From positions 3,198 through 67,197 of the forward strand of contig CANRKJ010000006.1 in assembly GCA_947631185.1 (NCBI GenBank): a stretch of 64,000 nucleotides of DNA, in the 5' to 3' direction. Source of the stretch: an uncultured Clostridia bacterium (GTDB lineage Bacteria > Bacillota > Clostridia > TANB77 > CAG-508). The notes beneath the pieces are model-generated. The model did not search any database and had not been told where the DNA came from. It saw only the letters and a list, made by a program, of their open reading frames with translations. This document shows, in pieces, positions 1 to 10,455 of this stretch. Each line of letters begins with the position of its first letter. Position 1 is the stretch's first letter. Both the position numbers and the translations under genes were made by a program.

Positions 1-420
1 ATGTGTAGTGGTGTCAACATTTATAACTTGTAATAAATAATAAATAAATTTAATATTTATCAAATTAGAACAGTTTAAGATTTTCATTGCTGAAGATTTG
101 ACTTTAAAAACAAAATCTACATATTTTGATTCGGTTGTAAAATCATCAAATATAATTGTTGGAATATTAGTAAATACACCTTTTTTTTCTTTAGTATATC
201 CTAAAATAAATGATTTTCCAGGAGTAAGTACAGGGGTAGTATACTTATCATCATATTCAGTTGATTCAACAATATATTTTGAAGGTTGCTCATAAAAGAC
301 AACATCATTTATTTTTATATAATTCCATCCATTAGGTAGAATTAATGAAGTTTTTACCAGCTTTTCTTTACCATCATCAAACTTCTCATAATAATGATTA
401 TCTGAAGAAATGTAGTAAAT
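1..420 (-). pseudogene. hsdS: Type I R-M HsdS half-gene (one TRD, no start codon), runs off the window
   Basis: Minus-strand reading [11 protein letters not shown]...LPNGW...YEQPSKYIV...[15 protein letters not shown]...[25 protein letters not shown] resembles an HsdS conserved linker plus TRD; not in the ORF track. Confidence 0.75.
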
Positions 421-456
421 TAATTAAAGTTATGATATAATTTTGTTGAATGGATA

Positions 457-1347
457 ATGTCAAAATTAAATGTAGATTAAAAAAATATTTGTTCATTATT
501 AGGAGATAAAAAATCAGATTTTATTATACCAGATTATCAAAGACCTTATGCATGGACTGAAGAAGAATGTCAAACGCTATGGGAAGATATATTTGAATTT
601 TCATTTCCTGAAGGTAAATATAATCAATTTAATAATGATGAAGAGTACTATTTAGGACCAATAGTAACATTTAAAAACAATGAAGGAAAATTAGAAGTAA
701 TAGATGGACAACAAATATTAACCACAATAATGCTTTTGTTAAGAGCTTTTTATGTAAGATTTGGCTCAATGAAAAATGAAGAATCAATGAAAACAAAAGA
801 ATTAATTGCAAAATGTTTATGTAAAACAGACGAATTTGGTACAGCTATTTTAAATGAATTAAAAATTGATTCTGAAGTTGCTACATATAATGATAAGGAA
901 GAATTTCTAGAAATTTTAAAAACGGATGAAGTTATAGATAATCAAAAAAGTAAATATGCAAATAATTATAGATTTTTTCAAAAAAAGATAGAAGAATTTT
1001 TGAATGAATATTTAGATGTATTTTCATATTTACCTATTAGAATATTAAATAATTGTATCTTATTACCAATAGAAGCAGATAATCAAAATATAGCTTTAAG
1101 AAAATTTTATGAAAAAGATGATTATGCAATATTAAAAAAAGAACAAACATTAGATAACTTATCAACATTAGCTGATTTCTGGAATGATGTAGCTAATCAA
1201 GATGAAAAGAGATTTTCAAAGAAAATATTAAGGAAACTATTTATTCTAAATTATGCTCCAAATGGTATGTGGAACTATTTCGCTTCAGTGTACTTTATGC
1301 AAAATAAAGATTCCGAAAATATGAAAGACAAAAATTTAATTAAATAA
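457..1347 (+). pseudogene. DUF262 (GmrSD-like) pseudogene
   Basis: ATG at 457, in-frame TAA at 478-480, then IPDYQRPYAW and VIDGQQ(I)LTT motifs in frame with ORF 730..1347; appears shortened. Confidence 0.8.
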
Positions 1348-1370
1348 TAGTATTTTGGAGGCTGAAAATA

Positions 1371-2924
1371 ATGAATATTTTCAAAGATTCTTACAAAATT
1401 GTAAGGGAAAATAGTGATGAAATATATAAAGGGTTTGGATTCAGACATTTGTCTGATGCAACTCAATACTATGTTCATCCAAAGAATGAGTCATATAGAG
1501 GAACAACAACTCTTTGTCAACCAATAGGAGAAGGAATTACTTTATTTTCTTTAGTATTGAAAGGATTAGTTACTGAAGAAGAGGGTATTTCTGGAGATAT
1601 ATTAGTTAATAGTGATAAAACAATATTATTCTTTAAAGTCAAATTCCCAGAAGATTGGAAAGATAATGGAATAATTGATTCTAGAGTCGACCAAGCTGTT
1701 ATTCTATTAGATGAAAATGAAATAAACTTAACCTTCTATGATGAGAATCAAAAAATACTACCAACACAAAGTAAACACTATCCTGAAGACGGAGAACTTA
1801 TAGATATGGTATATTGTTATTTTGTTTCTTTTGCTGCTTTACTTGCAAGAGATACAAGTAACGACGACGAATTTAATAGAATAGTTTTTAATTACATAGA
1901 AAATCCAATGGCTGATACATTTGTTAATATACATGAAGATTTTTATCAAGAGCATAAAATGGAAGATTATGAATTTGTAACAGATAAAGACTTATTAAAC
2001 TACGACATTAGAGAATTTACTTCATATAAAGATGTTTATGGAGTTATTCGTCAGAATAAGGAACAACTAAAAGAAAAAGTCAATATAGTAGTTTCAAAAT
2101 TTGAAGATAATGTATTTACAGATGAACAAAAACAATTAATACCTAATTTGGGCGAAGAATTCGAACTTCCAGAGGCATTAAAACCAATATGTAATGCTGT
2201 TGTTAGTGGAGATTCAAGAACAGTCTTATTACATGGTCCTGCAGGAACGGGAAAGACAATCTCTTGTAAGCTAATCTGCAGGGACATTGGGCTTCCAATA
2301 ATGGATACAGTAAATTGTAGCGAAAATTTAGACGAATTTATTTTAGGTAAATTTATTCCAGAAGGAGATCAAATTATATTTAAAGAAAGTTATGTAACAA
2401 AAGCAATAAGAGATGGGGGAGCAGTAGTATTTGAAGAAATAAACTTTGCTAAACCTGCACATTTAGCTTTCTTAAATTCATTATTAGACGATAACGGATT
2501 TGTTAGATTAGATAACGGAGAAATTGTAAGGAGGAATCCTAACTTTAGATTCTTTGCAACTATGAATTTAGGATATTTTGGAACAAAAGAATTGAATCAA
2601 GCTCTATATAATAGATTTAATACTATTGTTGAGATTGCTTCATTACCAGATGTAGCGATTAAGAAAATGCTTATAACTAGAGTTCCAGAATGTAAAGAAT
2701 ATGTTACTAAAATTTTAGGAGTATACCATAAATTAAAAAATAAAATAGAAGCTGAAGAATTAGATATAGTTATATCTCCAAGAAATTTAGAAAATTGGGC
2801 TAGACAAGCTAAATATGAAGGCTATTTAAAAGCAGCTGAAAAAACTATAATACCTATTGCAAAGTGTGATAGAACGCTTGAAAATGTAATTAGAGGATTT
2901 TTATTATTATATAAATGGAATTAG
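1371..2924 (+). CDS. MoxR/CbbQ/NorQ-type AAA+ ATPase with long unknown N-terminal domain
   Basis: Walker A GPAGTGKT, Walker B VVFEEIN, FFATMN, ALYNRF, ISPR. Confidence 0.85.
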   Translation: MNIFKDSYKIVRENSDEIYKGFGFRHLSDATQYYVHPKNESYRGTTTLCQPIGEGITLFSLVLKGLVTEEEGISGDILVNSDKTILFFKVKFPEDWKDNGIIDSRVDQAVILLDENEINLTFYDENQKILPTQSKHYPEDGELIDMVYCYFVSFAALLARDTSNDDEFNRIVFNYIENPMADTFVNIHEDFYQEHKMEDYEFVTDKDLLNYDIREFTSYKDVYGVIRQNKEQLKEKVNIVVSKFEDNVFTDEQKQLIPNLGEEFELPEALKPICNAVVSGDSRTVLLHGPAGTGKTISCKLICRDIGLPIMDTVNCSENLDEFILGKFIPEGDQIIFKESYVTKAIRDGGAVVFEEINFAKPAHLAFLNSLLDDNGFVRLDNGEIVRRNPNFRFFATMNLGYFGTKELNQALYNRFNTIVEIASLPDVAIKKMLITRVPECKEYVTKILGVYHKLKNKIEAEELDIVISPRNLENWARQAKYEGYLKAAEKTIIPIAKCDRTLENVIRGFLLLYKWN

Positions 2925-2946
2925 TCAAAGGAGGCAAGTTTATTCT

Positions 2947-4899
2947 ATGCAAAAGCAAGATAGAGAAATTTTAAAGATATTTCAAACTGAAGATAATAGA
3001 AAAATAGAAGAAGACTTTGCCTCTATGTTATCAGAACACCCTAACTTAAGATTATTCTTTATAAATGAGAACCAAGCATATACAGATGGAAAGAATATAG
3101 TAGTTGATCCTGCAAATGATGAATTATTTTGCGATAAAATCGCACTTCAAAAAACAGAAGAGTTTTTAGGACTTCCAACAAGTTTTTCAACTGATGGATT
3201 TATAGCTCTAAAAATGATTACAAGAGCACAAAATATTCACGAATCACTACATATTATTTATACTAATTTCCCTCCAGAATTATTAAAAGATCCAAGAGGT
3301 AAAACAAAGTTTAATCAAATGATATTAAGCAGTATTTCAAATGTTATAGAAGATTGTTTTATTGAAGCTGCAGGAGCTAGTGAATTTGATAATGTGAATC
3401 TTTTCTTAACTTTTGGAAGAATTTCAAGATTATTTGTGGCTACACCTGCTAAAGGAACAATACAAAGAAAATTTGAAGAATTTACAAAGCAAGAAGAACA
3501 GGAGATAAAGCTTTCTGAAGAAGAACTTGAAATACAAAGAAAAATAGGCTTAATAATGGAGTTAATCGATTATTTTGTTACTATGCTTTTATATCCTATG
3601 GTAAAACTTGAAGAACCTTCAGAAGATATAAATGAGTATGTAGAAAAAACAAAAGAACTATGGCTTGAAGGAAGTATTTGCGGAGATCCAGACAAGAGAT
3701 ATGAATATACTGATAAAATATTTGATTTTATAGAGCCTTTAATTCCTAAAGTAAACGATAAAGATGTTGAAAAATATGAATATGTAAAGAAATTTATTTC
3801 TGTTTTAGTTGGAGATGAAAAAACTCACTCTGGAAAAAATATGTCTATAAACCAATGTGAATCTAAAGGAAGAAAAGCAGTAATAACCAGAAGATTATTT
3901 ACTGATTTAGATGGAAATAAAATTGATGATAAATATTCTGATCAGTATATTTATGAATTAGAAAAATTTAAAGAGGATAAAAATCAAAGTATAAAAGTGG
4001 CTAGTATAACAACAAAACATTGGGAATATACAGGCAAAGATTTGAAATCTAGTGCAATGCATAAAGATGTTAAAGTTAAAATTAAATATCCTAAACCTGA
4101 TGTAAATATGAAAACGGCTTATGATAATATTTATAATAGATATAAGCTTAATATAAATTCATACAATGCAAAATTCACTCAATTATTAAAGGGGACAGTT
4201 GATTCAAAAGAAAGTAAGTATAACTTCGGAAATGGAATAGAATCAAAGAGATTGGGCGATATTAAAAAGCGTTATTGGTATAGAAATGTTCAAGGAATCG
4301 ATGTTCCAGATGTTGCAATATTATTCTTAATAGATGGTTCTGGATCAATGTACGGAGAAAAAAATAATAACGCAATAATTTCCTCTGTAATTTTACATGA
4401 AGTATTAAAGAAGCAAGGAATTGAACATGCAATAATTGAACATAGAGCGGATTACGATTTGCCAATAGTAAAACATAATATACTTATAGACTTTAATTCA
4501 AGAAACATTGATAAATATAATATATTAAGATTAGATGCTGATGGAGATAATAGAGATGGATTATCTTTATTATGGGCTGAAAAATATATAAAGGAAAGAT
4601 CTCAAGCTGAAAATAAGGTTATAATTAGTATTTCAGACGGAATGCCATGTCATGGCGCAAACAATTATGAATATTTTCCGCCTGTATCTATTAAAGATAC
4701 ATATAATTGCGTTAGAAAAATAGAAAAGGATGGAATAAGCATAATAGGTGTTGCACTTGAAGAAGAAAAAGGCGACACAACAATATATGATGAAATTAAA
4801 GAAATATATAGTAGAATTATTGATGTTGATGATATAAAGCATTTAACCACACAGTTATTGAATTTAGTTTCGAAATTATTTTTGAAACTGTTAAGTTAA
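2947..4899 (+). CDS. vWA-domain protein (CobT/NorD-like) with N-terminal HExxH region
   Basis: MIDAS DGSGSM, SDGMP, N-terminal HESLH...NVIED; adjacent to the AAA+ gene. Confidence 0.85.
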   Translation: MQKQDREILKIFQTEDNRKIEEDFASMLSEHPNLRLFFINENQAYTDGKNIVVDPANDELFCDKIALQKTEEFLGLPTSFSTDGFIALKMITRAQNIHESLHIIYTNFPPELLKDPRGKTKFNQMILSSISNVIEDCFIEAAGASEFDNVNLFLTFGRISRLFVATPAKGTIQRKFEEFTKQEEQEIKLSEEELEIQRKIGLIMELIDYFVTMLLYPMVKLEEPSEDINEYVEKTKELWLEGSICGDPDKRYEYTDKIFDFIEPLIPKVNDKDVEKYEYVKKFISVLVGDEKTHSGKNMSINQCESKGRKAVITRRLFTDLDGNKIDDKYSDQYIYELEKFKEDKNQSIKVASITTKHWEYTGKDLKSSAMHKDVKVKIKYPKPDVNMKTAYDNIYNRYKLNINSYNAKFTQLLKGTVDSKESKYNFGNGIESKRLGDIKKRYWYRNVQGIDVPDVAILFLIDGSGSMYGEKNNNAIISSVILHEVLKKQGIEHAIIEHRADYDLPIVKHNILIDFNSRNIDKYNILRLDADGDNRDGLSLLWAEKYIKERSQAENKVIISISDGMPCHGANNYEYFPPVSIKDTYNCVRKIEKDGISIIGVALEEEKGDTTIYDEIKEIYSRIIDVDDIKHLTTQLLNLVSKLFLKLLS

Positions 4900-6226
4900 A
4901 ATGAAAGATTAGAACATTGAAATCTCAAAAATACTAAAAATTTTAAGTAAAAGCTTTAAATTTCATTTCTTTTTTGAAAAAAACTTGATAATTAATTTTA
5001 ATCAAGGGTAAATGCACATGCTTCGCATGACCTTGACTAAAATTAGTTATCAAGTGCAAAGTTACTAAGAAATGAAACTTAAAATATAAATTTAGGAAGC
5101 TAACAATAGATGTTGTTTATCTTTTTCAGAATATTGAGCACCAGCAACTTGTGCTGGAGAAAGATTACTCAGAGAAGAATGAGGATTAATAAAGTTGTAA
5201 AAATAAACAAACATAAAAACCATATTATTAGCAGAATTAAAGCTTTTAAAACCAAGTTTAGATTTGTACCAAGACTTAAAGTTTTGTTAAAAGACTCAAT
5301 TAAATTGTTAGTAATATCATCAGCAAAAGATTGGACTTTAATATGATTTAAATCAGGGAAAGTAGATTTAACAGAAATATTGTACTCAGGTAATCTATCA
5401 GAAACAATAGAAGAAAGTTTACCTAATTTAGAAGCATTAAAAAGAGTAATAGCAGCATTTTATTTAGAATGTTCTTTAGAAATATGAAAGTTAATAATAA
5501 ATATAGTTTCGAAATCTATGACAAACAAAATCCAATACTTGACACCATTTATTTTAACAACAGTTTCATCAATGTGCCATTCATCAAAGTTAAAATCCAA
5601 ATTAGAGTAATAAGAAAAAGCTCTTTGTTGAAAAATAGGAACAAAACATTTAATTCATTTACAAATAGTAACACGAGAAACTTTAATATTAAAAGAAAGC
5701 TTAAGAAATCTAGAAATTTTTCTAGCAGATGAATTACAAACATAAAATAGCATAAGAGCTTGCATAACAATAAATAAAGGAAAACGCAAACGCTTAAAGC
5801 TAGTTTTACCTAATAAAGAAGATGAAGAAACATCATCATTACAATTAGGTTTAATAATAAAATAGAATGCTTACACTTTCTGCAAGAATAATTAGAGTAG
5901 AATTTGTAATTATGATGTAAACAAGTAGCACTGCCACAAGCAGGGCACTTAGGATAATCTTTTTTAGGTCTATTGTTAACTGGATTTAAGAAAGTCCCTT
6001 GATGTTTACAACACTTACATTGAAATTTTTGATGACCTGTTTTAGGATCTTTACCAAATTTGTAGACATCATAAGAATGACAAATTGGACACTTAACATT
6101 TTTAGAATTATTTGATATAATATTTTTCATGAAACCTCATCCTTTCTGGGAGATATTTTGTTTTCGTTCAAAAATATTATATCACTAGGAGTTTGAGGTT
6201 TCAATTTTCATTTAAGTTAACAGATT
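4885..6226 (-). mobile_element. Degenerate IS6-family element with frameshifted transposase
   Basis: Minus-strand fragments: N-terminal Zn ribbons, WHIDETVVKING, IVSDRLPEY, NNLIESFNKTF; imperfect terminal inverted repeats ctgttaagttaaaatgaaa (4888-) and ttttcatttaagttaacag (-6223). Confidence 0.8.
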
Positions 6227-6249
6227 GTAAAAAATAGAACGGAGAAAAA

Positions 6250-6747
6250 ATGAAAACATTAGAAGAAATAATGGCAGATAAAATGTTAGATTTAGTACAA
6301 TATGTTTTATCAAAATTTATAAAGCCAGATATAACATTAGAAAAAGTAAATGAACTAGATTCAAATGCAGTTGATAAATTGAAACAGCAATATGGAATTG
6401 AAGGAATAATCTTAGATGTAGATGAAACATTAAGAAAAGAAATGAAAGATATTCCAAAATGTAACCAAGATTGGATAGAAAGCTTGAGAGGCAAAGTTAA
6501 GATTATAATTTTAAGTAATGGAAAAGACAAAAAAATTGAACAATATTTTCAAGAAAAAGGAATCGACTATATAGGATTTGCTCATAAACCATTAAAGAAA
6601 AACTTTATAAAAGCTTGCAAAAAAATGAATATAAATCCAAATAAAGTGTTGGTAGTGGGAGATAGTTTATTTGATGATATATATGGAGGAAAGAGAAATA
6701 ATATGAAAACGGTATTAGTAAAAGAAGTAGAAGATAATGAAAGATAA
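6250..6747 (+). CDS. YqeG-like HAD IIIA phosphatase
   Basis: ILDVDETL, LSNG, AHKP, VGDSLFDDIYGG. Confidence 0.85.
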   Translation: MKTLEEIMADKMLDLVQYVLSKFIKPDITLEKVNELDSNAVDKLKQQYGIEGIILDVDETLRKEMKDIPKCNQDWIESLRGKVKIIILSNGKDKKIEQYFQEKGIDYIGFAHKPLKKNFIKACKKMNINPNKVLVVGDSLFDDIYGGKRNNMKTVLVKEVEDNER

Positions 6748-6774
6748 TAGTCATATTATGGAAAGGAGTTAAGA

Positions 6775-7548
6775 ATGATTTACATTACAGGTGATACTCA
6801 TGCTGATTTTTTGAGATTTGAAGATGATAAATTTCCAATACAATCTGATATGACTAAAAATGATTATATAATTATTTGTGGTGATTTTGGTGGAGTATGG
6901 AACTACATAGTAGAAAGCATATATGAAAAGCATTGGCTAGATTGGTTAAATAATAAAAACTTTACTACTTTATTTGTCGATGGAAATCATGAGAATTTTG
7001 AAAGATTATATAGATATCCAGTAGAAGAATGGCATGGAGGAAAAGTACATAAAATAAGAGATTCTGTTATTCATTTAATGCGTGGTGAAATATATGATAT
7101 AGATAATAAGAAATTCTTTACTTTCGGTGGTGCAAGATCACATGACATACAAGATGGAATATTAAATATAGATGAAGAAGAGAGAATATATGAATATCGT
7201 AAAAGAGGAGCATATTTTAGAATAAGAGATTTTTCATGGTGGGATTTAGAATTACCAACTGAAGAAGAAATGAAAAATGGTATAAATAATTTAGAAAAAG
7301 CAAACTATAAAGTGGATTATATTATTTCTCATTGTTGTCATACAAGTATTCAAACATTATTAGGAGCAGGAAGATTTGAGAAAGATTATTTAACAGATTA
7401 CTTTCAAAAGATTATGGAAAAATGTAAGTTTAAAAAATGGTATTTTGGACATTATCATGATTATAGACAAGTTAATTCACAATTTGTTTTGCTGTATAAA
7501 GATATTGTTTTATTAAAAGATGGAAGAACTATACAGGGCTTTATTTGA
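6775..7548 (+). CDS. Calcineurin-like metallophosphoesterase
   Basis: GDTH, CGDFG, DGNHE, GHYH motifs. Confidence 0.9.
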   Translation: MIYITGDTHADFLRFEDDKFPIQSDMTKNDYIIICGDFGGVWNYIVESIYEKHWLDWLNNKNFTTLFVDGNHENFERLYRYPVEEWHGGKVHKIRDSVIHLMRGEIYDIDNKKFFTFGGARSHDIQDGILNIDEEERIYEYRKRGAYFRIRDFSWWDLELPTEEEMKNGINNLEKANYKVDYIISHCCHTSIQTLLGAGRFEKDYLTDYFQKIMEKCKFKKWYFGHYHDYRQVNSQFVLLYKDIVLLKDGRTIQGFI

Positions 7549-7642
7549 AAAAATTATAATTTTGTGATATAAAAAAGCTAAAAGTATTTAATTTAAAATG
7601 TTTTTTTATTTGATTAGAAAATCATAAAACAAGGAGTAAAAA

Positions 7643-9094
7643 ATGGAAGACTATAATGTTACATTAAAATATTTGTTATCATTAAAAACAGAAAATGAAT
7701 GGTTAGAATATAAGGAAAATAATTCAGAGCCAAACTTGATAGGTGAATATATTTCTGCTCTATGTAATTCTGCTATTTTAGAGGGACAAGATAAAGCATA
7801 TTTAATTTATGGCATAAGTAATGATAAAGAAATAGTAGGTACTAAATTTGATTTTAAAAGAGCAAAGGTTGGACAACAAGAATTAGAAAATTACATTCAA
7901 ACATTATTATCTCCAAGAATAATATTTAGTATACATGATTTAAATTTTGAAGACGATATAAAAGTAGAAATAATAGAAATAGAAACTACTAATATAAATG
8001 TACCTGTAAAATTTAAAGATATTGAATATATTAGAGTTAATTCTACTAAACAAAAATTGAAGGACTTTCCCGAAAAAGAAAGAAAATTATGGAAATGTTT
8101 TGAATCAAAAAGATTTGAAACTCAAGTAATAATGAGTAATGTAAAAAAAGAAGATATTTTTGACTTATTAGATTATGATACATATTTTAATTTAATGAAT
8201 ATTAAACATAATTTGAACAAAGAATATATATTAGAAAAATTAATTGAAGAAGATTTTGTTATATATAAAAGAGGAACTTATAATATTACTTATTTAGGAG
8301 CAATTGTTTTAGCAAAAGATTTAAATAAATTTAAAGAAATTAAATTAAGGGCTCCAAGAGTTGTTGTATATGAAGGAAATAACAAATTTAATACTTTAGC
8401 AGACATAACAGGGAACAAAGGTTATGCAGTTGCTTTTGAAAATTTAATTAATTATATTAATGATAAAGCTTTAAATAAAGAAATTATTGATAATGCTTTT
8501 AGAAAAATAGAATATCAATATCCTAAAATTGCTATAAGAGAAACAGTTGCTAATGCATTAGTACATCAAGATTTTATGGAAGGAAACAAAGGCCCGCTTA
8601 TAGAAATCTATAGCGATAGAATTGAGATTACTAATTCAGGAAAACCTCTAATAGATACAAAAAGGTTTATTGATCATACACCAAAATCAAGAAATGAAAA
8701 ATTGGCAAATATAATGAGATTACTAAGAATATGTGAAGAAAAAGGTAGTGGAGTAGATAAAGTAATAACAGCTATAGAAGAAAACAATTTACCAGCACCA
8801 GACTATGAGGAATATGAAGATAGTATAAGAGTTATTATATATGCTCATAAAGATTATGCCAAAATGACTGAAGAAGAAAGAGTGAGAGCAACATATCAGC
8901 ATTGTTGCTTAAAATATGTTAACAAAGAGTTTATGACTAATACAACATTGAGAGAAAGATTTAGAATAGATAGAAATAATGCGTCAACAGTTTCAAGATT
9001 AATTTCTTTAGCAATTGAAAAAAAATATATCAAAGATTTTGATCCAGATGGAACTACAAAGAAATTTAAAAAATATATTCCTTTTTGGGCATAA
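7643..9094 (+). CDS. AlbA_2/Schlafen-domain protein with HATPase_c_4 and C-terminal wHTH
   Basis: ENEWLEYKEN, ISALCN, RETVANALVHQD, SRNEKLA, EEKGSG. Confidence 0.85.
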   Translation: MEDYNVTLKYLLSLKTENEWLEYKENNSEPNLIGEYISALCNSAILEGQDKAYLIYGISNDKEIVGTKFDFKRAKVGQQELENYIQTLLSPRIIFSIHDLNFEDDIKVEIIEIETTNINVPVKFKDIEYIRVNSTKQKLKDFPEKERKLWKCFESKRFETQVIMSNVKKEDIFDLLDYDTYFNLMNIKHNLNKEYILEKLIEEDFVIYKRGTYNITYLGAIVLAKDLNKFKEIKLRAPRVVVYEGNNKFNTLADITGNKGYAVAFENLINYINDKALNKEIIDNAFRKIEYQYPKIAIRETVANALVHQDFMEGNKGPLIEIYSDRIEITNSGKPLIDTKRFIDHTPKSRNEKLANIMRLLRICEEKGSGVDKVITAIEENNLPAPDYEEYEDSIRVIIYAHKDYAKMTEEERVRATYQHCCLKYVNKEFMTNTTLRERFRIDRNNASTVSRLISLAIEKKYIKDFDPDGTTKKFKKYIPFWA

Positions 9095-9253
9095 TTTTTA
9101 TTTGATCCTGAATTCAAAAAAAATAAATAAATTTCATGAAAGTGCTTAAAATGCTGAATTTGCTTATTTGATTAGAAAATCAGTAATAAAGAACAGTGGG
9201 ATTTTTGAGAAAATTACTAAATTCTTAAAAATCCCATCATTTATTTTATAAAG

Positions 9254-9547
9254 CTATTCCTTCAAACACTTCAAAATAATCTTAACTCCATCCATAAAAC
9301 CATTTCTATAATATTTCTCGTTCCAATAACAAAGATAATCAAGCAAATTTTCATCAAGTAGGTCTAGCTGTTTCTTAACATATTCTATACTATGTCCAGA
9401 AACATTATTTAAAATTTTTTCAGAAATTTCATCGATTAAAATTTCATGTTCTTTATCAGAATCACTTAAATTACAGCCAAGAGATTCATCTCTAATTTCA
9501 TATAAATCTTTTAATGTATCATCTTCATTTACTTCTCTAAAACTCAT
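9254..9547 (-). CDS. Small hypothetical protein (DUF6809-like), paralog of 31668..31961
   Basis: Shared YWNEKYYRNGFxDGV C-terminus; likely start MSFREVNED by comparison with the paralog. Confidence 0.7.
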   Translation of the reverse strand: MSFREVNEDDTLKDLYEIRDESLGCNLSDSDKEHEILIDEISEKILNNVSGHSIEYVKKQLDLLDENLLDYLCYWNEKYYRNGFMDGVKIILKCLKE

Positions 9548-9560
9548 TTCAAAAATTCTC

Positions 9561-9915
9561 CTAAAAATAAATAACCTCATTATAAACAATTTCTTAAGTT
9601 CTGTTTATAATGTTATTCATAGATTGAACCCACTCAAGCTGATTGTTACTTTTTAAATCTTCATTAATATTTTTAGACTCATCTAATTTTTTGATAATAG
9701 TATTAATTCTTTCAGTAGTAGATTGTTCAATGTCAGCTAGATGTTTAGATAGAGTACCTTTTATCATAAGTTGAGTATATAAGTCTTTTTTATATTCTTT
9801 AATATAATTAATCTAAATCTACTATATTTTCCTATATGATAATTTTCGCAAAAATTTTCCATAATTAAATCAGAAATTAAATAATCTCCTTCTTTGTGAT
9901 AAGTAATTTTCTCTA
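9561..9915 (-). pseudogene. tnpV: Frameshifted TnpV-family gene
   Basis: ITYHKEGDYLISDL..IGKYSRFR in one frame, GTLSKHLADIEQ...LKSNNQLEWVQSMNNI in another, with a stop near the C-terminus. Confidence 0.7.
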
Positions 9916-10129
9916 TTTTAAAAATCTCTAAAATAAATTTTTGGGTTTCCAATTTTAGCTAAAATATTGCAAACAAGTGTACTAAACCACTTGGGGAAAA
10001 GTGGGGGAAAAATCCTAAAAAAGTTCAAAAAATGACACAAATGTTCTGAAAATCGTTTCCCAAATTTTTATTGATATACAGCCTGAAATCCTTGGTTTCA
10101 CTGAATTACACAAACCTCTCAACTAGCCA

Positions 10130-10173
10130 TCATAACCCGAAGGTCGTAAGTTCGAGTCTTACCCCCGCAACCA
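10130..10173 (+). tRNA. 3' half of initiator tRNA-Met (att site, not a full tRNA)
   Basis: TCATAACCCGAAGGTCGTAAGTTCGAGTCTTACCCCCGCAACCA: CAT anticodon, T arm, CCA; 5' half absent. Confidence 0.9.
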
Positions 10174-10180
10174 AACTTAT

Positions 10181-10215
10181 ATCGTTACAGCTAACTAAGT
10201 TGTAGCGATTTTTTA
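10181..10215 (+). terminator. Intrinsic terminator after the tRNA 3' half
   Basis: atcgttacagct...agttgtagcgat followed by a T run. Confidence 0.7.
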
Positions 10216-10455
10216 TTGCTTAGAAATTGGTTGCTATAATGCTGATAAATGACCTTCTTATGTCAAATTGGGAAGATTTTGGGAAACAAACATACTTTAA
10301 AACACTTAAAATTCAAATAAAATTCACAATTTATCTTTCCGACTTTTTTAATAATTTAGTAAAAACTTTTGGGGAAGAGATAAAATATCTCAAAGTTTTT
10401 ACTATTTTTTATCGTGTGAAATTTGTAATCAGTGAAAATTAGAAAAAAGTTTAAA

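Larger units (their letters stand above)
1..10144. mobile_element. Right portion of integrative element A, ending at the tRNA-fMet att core
   Basis: Ends with the same small gene, TTGGG(G)AAAA arm-like repeats and att core as element B; cargo is defence-like. Confidence 0.6.

Noticed and set aside
98-295. Plus-strand 65-aa ORF
   Set aside because: Shadow of the minus-strand hsdS fragment
5110-5732. Plus-strand short ORFs
   Set aside because: Antisense to the IS6 transposase remnant
10130-10173. Functional tRNA-Met gene
   Set aside because: The 5' acceptor strand and D arm are missing; it is an att fragment
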